A stretch of 64,000 nucleotides of DNA from Lytechinus pictus (Eukaryota). The stretch spans positions 47,430,001 through 47,494,000 of the forward strand of contig NC_087249.1 in NCBI RefSeq assembly GCF_037042905.1, in the 5' to 3' direction. The translations under genes were made by a program, and so were the position numbers. Position 1 is the first letter of the stretch; the number at the start of each line of letters is the position of its first letter. Under the pieces are notes generated by a model, which had not been told where the DNA came from, searched no databases, and saw nothing but the letters and a program-made list of their open reading frames with translations. Of this stretch, positions 61,401-64,000 are shown in pieces.

Positions 61401-62573
61401 ATTTCATCATCTTTCAGCGCCGGCAAATTAATCTGAAATCTTACTCGTGGTGACCCATTTTTCTTGACCGGTCATTCTATCTGTTCCGAGCACCAATCTG
61501 TAAGTTTCACCAGGTGTGAGTTCATAAATGGCCCAAGTCGAATGAGGATCATTAACGGAGCGGACGCTAGGATTTGAACTGTCACCGACTGTAAAGTTCA
61601 GGTAATGGTTAACGTTGCTTTGCAGAGGCTCGAATTCACACTCAAAAGAGTAACTGGTCAGTTTCCGCAAGAAGATGTCCCCAGGCTGCGCACCACCTGC
61701 ATGATCGGATAAAAAAATGAAGAAAAAAAAGGGTGTTGGCTGCGAGACCACAATCTGGTGTGATCAAAATGTGGGACTCACAAACTTTAGCGACTTTTGA
61801 CATGGCTTGCCGGTCGAAATATCTGATATGTCGACCGGCAAGCCATGTCGAAAGTCGCTAAAGATAACATATGGACCAATATTACATTAATATTATTGTC
61901 AGGTAAGGGAGTGGCGAGGAGCGGGCATATTACCCTGGCATCTAGAAGATGTAATTCCTATTAGGTTCTATGGAAATTTTTACCTGGAAAGCTTCACGTG
62001 CCTCTTTCTCAAGTTATGGCATCATTACCAACCCTCCTAAGAAGAGGTTTGCGTACACACCATAATTATGATGTTTTACGAGGTGGTAGTGAGAGACTGC
62101 TCATGGTATTACTTTCAAACCAGTTGTCACTTGACTAAAATAAAATCCCTTTGATTTTGTTGATACATCACCTTCGACAACAGATTACAACAAAGACCAA
62201 CTCCTTTATATAGCATTGATCACTTGGCACTACACTGTCATCAAGCACGAGTAATTGTTAGGTTACTCACCAGTCCTGCCATACAGAGTGCGATCAGCCA
62301 GAATTTCACTAAATTGTGTGTAACCATCCCCGTCATCAACTGCTGATAAAACATTAATCACGTACAGAGTATTCGTCTCGAGTCCTGAAATCGTCGAGTT
62401 TGTTGCATCTCTCCCGACATCCATTGACACGGTCGTTGAGAGCACCGTGCGGTATCGAATTTGATAGAAGTGCACCGCGGAAGGTGAAAGTGTCGGGTGA
62501 TCCCATGCAACCCGTAGTGAGGACAATGTGGTGTATTCATCCAGAATTCCGACGTTTGCTGGAGGAAGGGGTA
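463..62573 (-). CDS. Partial multi-exon gene: FN3 x3 - EGF x34 - Ser/Thr-rich stalk; fibropellin/Notch-like EGF-repeat extracellular or cell-surface protein; both ends lie outside the window
   Basis: 40 exons with GT/AG boundaries, almost all phase 1-1, joining without stops (5133 nt, ~1711 codons). No start codon/signal peptide or stop/TM exon found in the window. Confidence 0.9.
1142..1246 (-). CDS. Host gene exon: Ser/Thr/Pro-rich mucin-like stalk 1
   Basis: [35 protein letters not shown]; TAG/GTACGT; 105 nt, phase 1-1. Confidence 0.72.
1545..2383. mobile_element. Kolobok-like composite MITE (AGG...CCT termini, TTAA flank)
   Basis: AAGGTCAAGTCCACCCC ... ACTTGTCCTTTAA (2139) ... GGGGTGGACTTGTCCTTTAA; an inverted relative lies at ~39905-40305. 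Confidence 0.65.
2432..3427. mobile_element. Non-autonomous Helentron/HINE-like element with internal ~120-bp TGACCT-rich tandem repeats
   Basis: Ends AACAAGTGGAGCGCCTCTGGCAGTCTCGCCTG ... GCCTATAGTCTCGCTCTGCTATGCAGG; a second copy lies at 14066-14882. Confidence 0.7.
3464..3589 (-). CDS. EGF 34 (type B)
   Basis: [42 protein letters not shown]. Confidence 0.9.
3952..4544. mobile_element. Kolobok-like MITE
   Basis: TTAA-AGGGATGGTCCAGGCTG ... CAGCCCGGACCATCCCT-TTAA. Confidence 0.75.
4646..4768 (-). CDS. EGF 33 (type A)
   Basis: [41 protein letters not shown]. Confidence 0.9.
5164..6465. mobile_element. Short palindromic MITE split by the LINE insertion
   Basis: Left arm AAGGTCAACTTCGTAAGGTACCTTCATTTGTCAAAAG; right arm CTTTTGACAAATGAAGGTAC...[LINE]...CTTACGAAGTCGACCTT. 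Confidence 0.75.
5273..6441 (-). mobile_element. 5'-truncated L1/Tx1-clade LINE fragment (ORF2 C-terminus, frameshifted)
   Basis: LKIAWVKR...VLWNNSLI...[12 protein letters not shown]...[10 protein letters not shown]...CTFC...[10 protein letters not shown]; poly(A) seen as T-run 5273-5282; AAGGTAC repeated on both flanks. Confidence 0.85.
6649..6774 (-). CDS. EGF 32 (type B)
   Basis: [42 protein letters not shown]. Confidence 0.9.
7182..7307 (-). CDS. EGF 31 (type A)
   Basis: [42 protein letters not shown]. Confidence 0.9.
7688..7813 (-). CDS. EGF 30 (type B; not in ORF track)
   Basis: [42 protein letters not shown]; TTTCCAG/GTATGT; 126 nt. Confidence 0.9.
8205..8327 (-). CDS. EGF 29 (type A)
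   Basis: [41 protein letters not shown]. Confidence 0.9.
9676..9801 (-). CDS. EGF 28 (type B)
   Basis: Same peptide as EGF 26. Confidence 0.88.
10532..10654 (-). CDS. EGF 27 (type A)
   Basis: Same peptide as EGF 25. Confidence 0.88.
11699..11824 (-). CDS. EGF 26 (type B; duplicate of EGF 28)
   Basis: [42 protein letters not shown]. Confidence 0.88.
12514..12636 (-). CDS. EGF 25 (type A; duplicate of EGF 27)
   Basis: [41 protein letters not shown]. Confidence 0.88.
13099..13215 (-). CDS. EGF 24 (type C)
   Basis: [39 protein letters not shown]. Confidence 0.9.
13431..13559 (-). CDS. EGF 23
   Basis: [43 protein letters not shown]. Confidence 0.9.
14066..14882. mobile_element. Second copy of the Helentron/HINE-like element
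   Basis: Same termini and internal repeats as 2432-3427, with fewer repeat units. Confidence 0.7.
15187..15309 (-). CDS. EGF 22
   Basis: [41 protein letters not shown]. Confidence 0.9.
15909..16085. mobile_element. Harbinger-like palindromic MITE (related short elements at 16438-16587, 18257-18396, 20683-20843, 59383-59545)
   Basis: GTTTCATAAAGCTGTTCGTAAG ... CTTACGAACAGCTTTATGAAAC inverted repeat. Confidence 0.65.
16157..16288 (-). CDS. EGF 21 (type B)
   Basis: [44 protein letters not shown]. Confidence 0.9.
17620..17742 (-). CDS. EGF 20 (type A)
   Basis: [41 protein letters not shown]. Confidence 0.9.
18440..18559 (-). CDS. EGF 19 (type C)
   Basis: [40 protein letters not shown]. Confidence 0.9.
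19283..19396 (-). CDS. EGF 18
   Basis: [38 protein letters not shown]. Confidence 0.9.
19512..19727. other. Assembly gap (216 N) next to a CTA/GAA microsatellite
   Basis: N run. Confidence 0.99.
19992..20108 (-). CDS. EGF 17 (cysteine-shifted variant)
   Basis: [39 protein letters not shown]; CAG/GTAAT; 117 nt. Confidence 0.85.
20993..21250 (+). mobile_element. tRNA-derived SINE
   Basis: A box GTGGCCCAGTGG, B box GGTTCGAATC, followed by a CACTCTCCATCCAGGTGT core. Confidence 0.65.
22866..23290 (-). mobile_element. Transposon remnant with RecQ-like helicase N-terminal fragment (AcademH-like)
   Basis: [29 protein letters not shown] resembles RecQ motif 0/I; truncated, and next to a TAG-initiated terminal-like sequence. 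Confidence 0.55.
23336..24960. mobile_element. Non-autonomous element with recurrent CTCGCGCTTCGCGCTCGC motifs
   Basis: Colinear with a second copy at ~52685-54257; right end cut off by a tandem array. Confidence 0.7.
24960..27066. mobile_element. Foldback-like element with inverted arrays of ~18-19-bp subrepeats
   Basis: (CCACTTGGTCTAAT..)n at 24960-25125 and (ATTAGACCAAGTGG..)n at 26785-27065. Confidence 0.6.
27687..27759 (+). CDS. SRCR gene exon 1: signal peptide
   Basis: [24 protein letters not shown], then G|GTAAGG donor in phase 1; in-frame TGA upstream at 27666. Confidence 0.72.
27687..34197 (+). CDS. Nested complete gene: type I membrane scavenger receptor cysteine-rich protein (signal peptide, 3 SRCR, TM, cytoplasmic tail), 440 aa
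   Basis: Exons 27687-27759, 29757-30077, 30387-30716, 32668-32979, 33911-34197; all phase-1 GT-AG joins; 1323 nt from ATG to TGA. Confidence 0.9.
28449..28847. mobile_element. ~400-bp element inserted in a (TA)n microsatellite, carrying the tRNA-like gene
   Basis: (TA)n on both flanks (28402-28448 and 28848-28862). Confidence 0.55.
28547..28618 (-). tRNA. tRNA-like cloverleaf with anticodon TCA (opal-suppressor-like; Glu-like body; probably element-borne, function unproven)
   Basis: GTCTCTG TG GTCT-AGTGGTTA-AGGC A CCGGC-GTTCAAA-GCTGG GGGC CCGGG-TTCGATT-CCCGG CAGGGAC A then TTTTTT; all four stems pair (with G-U); A and B boxes present. Confidence 0.65.
29757..30077 (+). CDS. SRCR gene exon 2: SRCR domain 1 (6 Cys)
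   Basis: LRLVDG...[33 protein letters not shown]...[11 protein letters not shown]. Confidence 0.95.
30387..30716 (+). CDS. SRCR gene exon 3: SRCR domain 2 (6 Cys)
   Basis: LRLMDG...[16 protein letters not shown]...ACRQLGF...[11 protein letters not shown]. Confidence 0.93.
31758..32505. mobile_element. piggyBac-like non-autonomous element in SRCR intron 3
   Basis: TTTA-CCCCTATAACC ... GGTTAGGG-TTAA termini. Confidence 0.5.
32668..32979 (+). CDS. SRCR gene exon 4: SRCR domain 3 (6 Cys)
   Basis: SRLADG...[16 protein letters not shown]...LLDDVNC...[17 protein letters not shown]. Confidence 0.93.
33911..34197 (+). CDS. SRCR gene exon 5: TM helix and cytoplasmic tail (not in ORF track)
   Basis: Long pyrimidine tract + CAG; [37 protein letters not shown]...[22 protein letters not shown]. 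Confidence 0.85.
36331..36585 (+). mobile_element. CAGGGGCGGATCCAGG-type MITE (second copy ~45148-45352)
   Basis: Two colinear copies in the window. Confidence 0.65.
36930..37299. mobile_element. Foldback-like MITE related to the 24960-27066 element
   Basis: TTGCCAACTCGTCC/GTCTAAT units facing TAGACGAA/GGACGAATTGGCAA units. Confidence 0.55.
37751..37882 (-). CDS. EGF 16
   Basis: [44 protein letters not shown]. Confidence 0.9.
38229..38342 (-). CDS. EGF 15
   Basis: [38 protein letters not shown]. Confidence 0.88.
38839..38949 (-). CDS. EGF 14
   Basis: [37 protein letters not shown]. Confidence 0.9.
39687..39806 (-). CDS. EGF 13 (cysteine-shifted variant)
   Basis: [40 protein letters not shown]; CAG/GTAAC; 120 nt. 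Confidence 0.85.
39905..40305. mobile_element. Inverted, internally deleted relative of the 1545-2383 element
   Basis: Reverse-complement match including the internal junction TTTTATTAAAGGACAAGTCC. Confidence 0.65.
40614..40727 (-). CDS. EGF 12 (calcium-binding type)
   Basis: [38 protein letters not shown]. Confidence 0.92.
41123..41334. other. Assembly gap (212 N) next to (GTA)n
   Basis: N run. Confidence 0.99.
41845..42243. mobile_element. TIR MITE
   Basis: AGAGTAC...TGACGTCA at left; TGACGTCACACTTCAGTACTCT at right. Confidence 0.5.
42713..42823 (-). CDS. EGF 11 (calcium-binding type)
   Basis: [37 protein letters not shown]; 111 nt. Confidence 0.92.
   Translation of the reverse strand: MSMSAYRTHVPMDNVSMEEIFIIASAFLAGQVSIVK
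43645..43758 (-). CDS. EGF 10 (calcium-binding type)
   Basis: [38 protein letters not shown]. Confidence 0.92.
44351..44461 (-). CDS. EGF 9 (calcium-binding type)
   Basis: [37 protein letters not shown]; 111 nt. Confidence 0.92.
44748..44861 (-). CDS. EGF 8 (calcium-binding type)
   Basis: [38 protein letters not shown]. Confidence 0.92.
46703..46816 (-). CDS. EGF 7 (calcium-binding type)
   Basis: [38 protein letters not shown]. Confidence 0.9.
47642..47755 (-). CDS. EGF 6 (calcium-binding type)
   Basis: [38 protein letters not shown]. Confidence 0.92.
49796..49909 (-). CDS. EGF 5 (calcium-binding type)
   Basis: [38 protein letters not shown]. Confidence 0.92.
50460..51375 (-). mobile_element. 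3' fragment of CR1/L2-group LINE
   Basis: SVWGNC...[10 protein letters not shown]...[10 protein letters not shown]...LMYKC...[17 protein letters not shown]...SFK; the 3' UTR boundary is approximate. Confidence 0.8.
52256..52369 (-). CDS. EGF 4 (calcium-binding type)
   Basis: [38 protein letters not shown]. Confidence 0.92.
52685..54257. mobile_element. Second copy of the CTCGCGCTTCGCGCTCGC element
   Basis: Colinear similarity to ~23560-24960; ends CTGGTTCCGCCCCTG. Confidence 0.7.
54412..54525 (-). CDS. EGF 3 (calcium-binding type)
   Basis: [38 protein letters not shown]. Confidence 0.92.
54901..55310. repeat. Tandem repeat, ~110-bp unit, ~3.5 copies
   Basis: TGTGTAATTATCT..ACTGCTT..ATTTTAACAGTGTGAA recurring. 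Confidence 0.8.
55622..55735 (-). CDS. EGF 2 (calcium-binding type)
   Basis: [38 protein letters not shown]. Confidence 0.92.
56073..56279. mobile_element. MITE with CACTGCAAAAA...TTTTTGCAGTG termini (other copies 62615-62856 and partial ~27085-27243)
   Basis: Long terminal inverted repeat GGTGTTGATTTAACACCAGCCC. Confidence 0.75.
56414..56597 (-). mobile_element. Short decayed CR1/L2-like LINE 3' end
   Basis: Reverse strand reads [28 protein letters not shown]. Confidence 0.55.
56736..57299. repeat. Tandem repeat, ~200-bp unit, ~2.8 copies
   Basis: TAGTAGCAGCAAGAA at 56736, 56932 and 57135. Confidence 0.85.
57518..57631 (-). CDS. EGF 1 (calcium-binding type)
   Basis: [38 protein letters not shown]; 114 nt. 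Confidence 0.92.
58143..58805. mobile_element. Tc1/mariner-type MITE
   Basis: TA-CAGTGCGTATCAAAAAAAAGTTTACAC ... GTGTAAACTTTTTTTTGATACGCACTG-TA. Confidence 0.85.
59595..59757 (-). CDS. Host gene exon: FN3 C-terminal half
   Basis: [39 protein letters not shown]...; TAG/GTAAGT; phase 0 to 1, matching the previous exon. Confidence 0.85.
60382..60500 (-). CDS. Host gene exon: FN3 N-terminal half
   Basis: [24 protein letters not shown]...VDSYQ; phase 1 to 0. Confidence 0.85.
61445..61696 (-). CDS. Host gene exon: divergent FN3-like domain
   Basis: [24 protein letters not shown]...[14 protein letters not shown] (L-x-P-G-x-x-Y motif); CAG/GTAAG; 252 nt. Confidence 0.8.
62271..62573 (-). CDS. Host gene exon: FN3 domain
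   Basis: [26 protein letters not shown]...FYQIRY...[19 protein letters not shown]; CAG acceptor, GTGAGT donor; 303 nt. Confidence 0.9.
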
Positions 62574-64000
62574 CTGTGCAGGTGTAAAATACATAAACTG
62601 TAAAAAAAAAGCTGCACTGCAAAAACGCCGGTGTTAATTTAACACAAGCCTGGTATCTATATCGGTCCACACCAGAGAGGTGTTGAAATAACAACAGTTA
62701 TGTATCAAACCGATATTGGTTTAAGACTAATTGGTGTTGCTTAAATGCCAAATTGGTTTTAGCCTAATGCCAAACCAGTGTTGTTTCAACACCTTTCTGG
62801 TGTGGACCGATATAGATACCTGGTTGCTGTTAAATTAACACCGGTGTTTTGCAGTGTAGGTTATTAAACTAGCACCAGTTGGGGTCTCTATGGAACCAAA
62901 CCCTGGCTTGTTAAAATGACACCATGGAGATTAAACACCATAGAATGTGGGATAGAATGTAAAAATTAAAACATAAATTCGTTGTACCATGGACCTACTA
63001 CACAGTAGTAGGTCCATGGTTGTACTAACACCCATTATAGGTACAGGACTAACACCAAATGTTTAACCTCGAAGTAAAATGACTGGTGTTGACATAAATG
63101 CACATAAATCAACATTACAGTTTTTGGTGTGTTGCAAAGTGAGAGATGAATGAATTCTGTCTGAACGAAAAAAAAAGAATAGAAGCAGGTTTATAAAGTT
63201 CAGGTATCTTGTATAAATGTTTTCTCGTTTTACTAAGGTGACTTGACGGGGTCCATGGATCTTGTGCCCTTGACTTTCGACCTCCCGCCAAAACTGACTT
63301 GAAAAGAAATGAATTATTCGAGTTGAAAAAAAAAACCAGAGACCCGTTTCATAGAGAGTTATAATGATTCATATAGAATTATCCACGGTAGCGTCACCAT
63401 TACGGCAAGTGCCATTGTAACAGGGCTCGGCAGCCATTCACCAGAGTACCATAGTTGTAATTCTTTTTCAAACCGGCCCTATAATTTGACTCATGTTCTC
63501 GTCTTGGTACAACTCTTCTGCTGCCGCACTGATAGTCTTGTTTTAATTTATATTTCACAGTTATTGTATTGTCTACAGGATAGTTTTCCCATTTCATCAA
63601 TTAAAAAGATTGAATACAGCTAGTGCCAGTCACCATTCTTTGAATCACTATTGCCTGTTTCGGCCGGAGAGCAATGGATTTGGTCAACTGATTATATTGT
63701 TCTCTGGCTGAGGCAGGTAGTGGTGAGTCTGGGAATTGTGACTGGTAGTGTATTTTATCTTTGAACAATTTTGTATTAGTGATAATTCTGATTTTAAATG
63801 TTATTGAATTCACTCATTACTGTACAGAACCCAAGTTACTCTTTTATCTATTATGTATATATTGTTATTTTATGTTAACAGGACCAGGCTGAAAAACAGT
63901 CAATCTGAGCCTGTTATACTGTATAAAAATATTTTAATAAATAAATAAATTTTATACTTGCATTACATACACATGCAATAATACATACCGCGTTCTCACT

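Noticed and set aside
463-62573. Assigning the symbol Notch or fibropellin
   Set aside because: FN3 domains and a mucin-like stalk are present; no LNR, ankyrin, CUB or avidin exon is visible.
63400-63813. Minus-strand ORFs as possible upstream host exons
   Set aside because: No domain signature or convincing splice-site pair, and a stop separates the two ORFs.

Overview
AT-rich, intron-containing animal genomic DNA. The repeat families and gene content suggest a marine invertebrate, most likely an echinoderm such as a sea urchin (inference). Two interleaved genes explain the coding content. (1) A large minus-strand gene, incomplete at both ends, covers nearly the whole window. I can trace 40 GT-AG exons (about 1,710 codons, open at every junction): 3 fibronectin type III-like domains, 34 single-exon EGF modules (12 calcium-binding type, then 22 mostly non-calcium-binding, ending in five alternating A/B doublets) and 2 Ser/Thr/Pro-rich stalk exons. 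(2) A complete 5-exon plus-strand gene (27687-34197, 440 aa) is nested antisense in the 17.6-kb intron of the first gene. It encodes a type I membrane receptor: signal peptide, 3 six-cysteine SRCR domains, a transmembrane helix, a Cys cluster, PPSY and a C-terminal DTSV. Inside its first intron, a ~400-bp element set in (TA)n carries a fully pairing 72-nt tRNA cloverleaf with anticodon UCA (complementary to UGA), A/B boxes and a T6 terminator. Other points of interest are two EGF modules with the same relocated cysteine, a recent ~2-kb two-exon tandem duplication, a RecQ-like transposon fragment, LINE/SINE/MITE remnants and two assembly gaps. All coordinates were derived by hand. Transposon family names rest on terminal motifs, not database searches.
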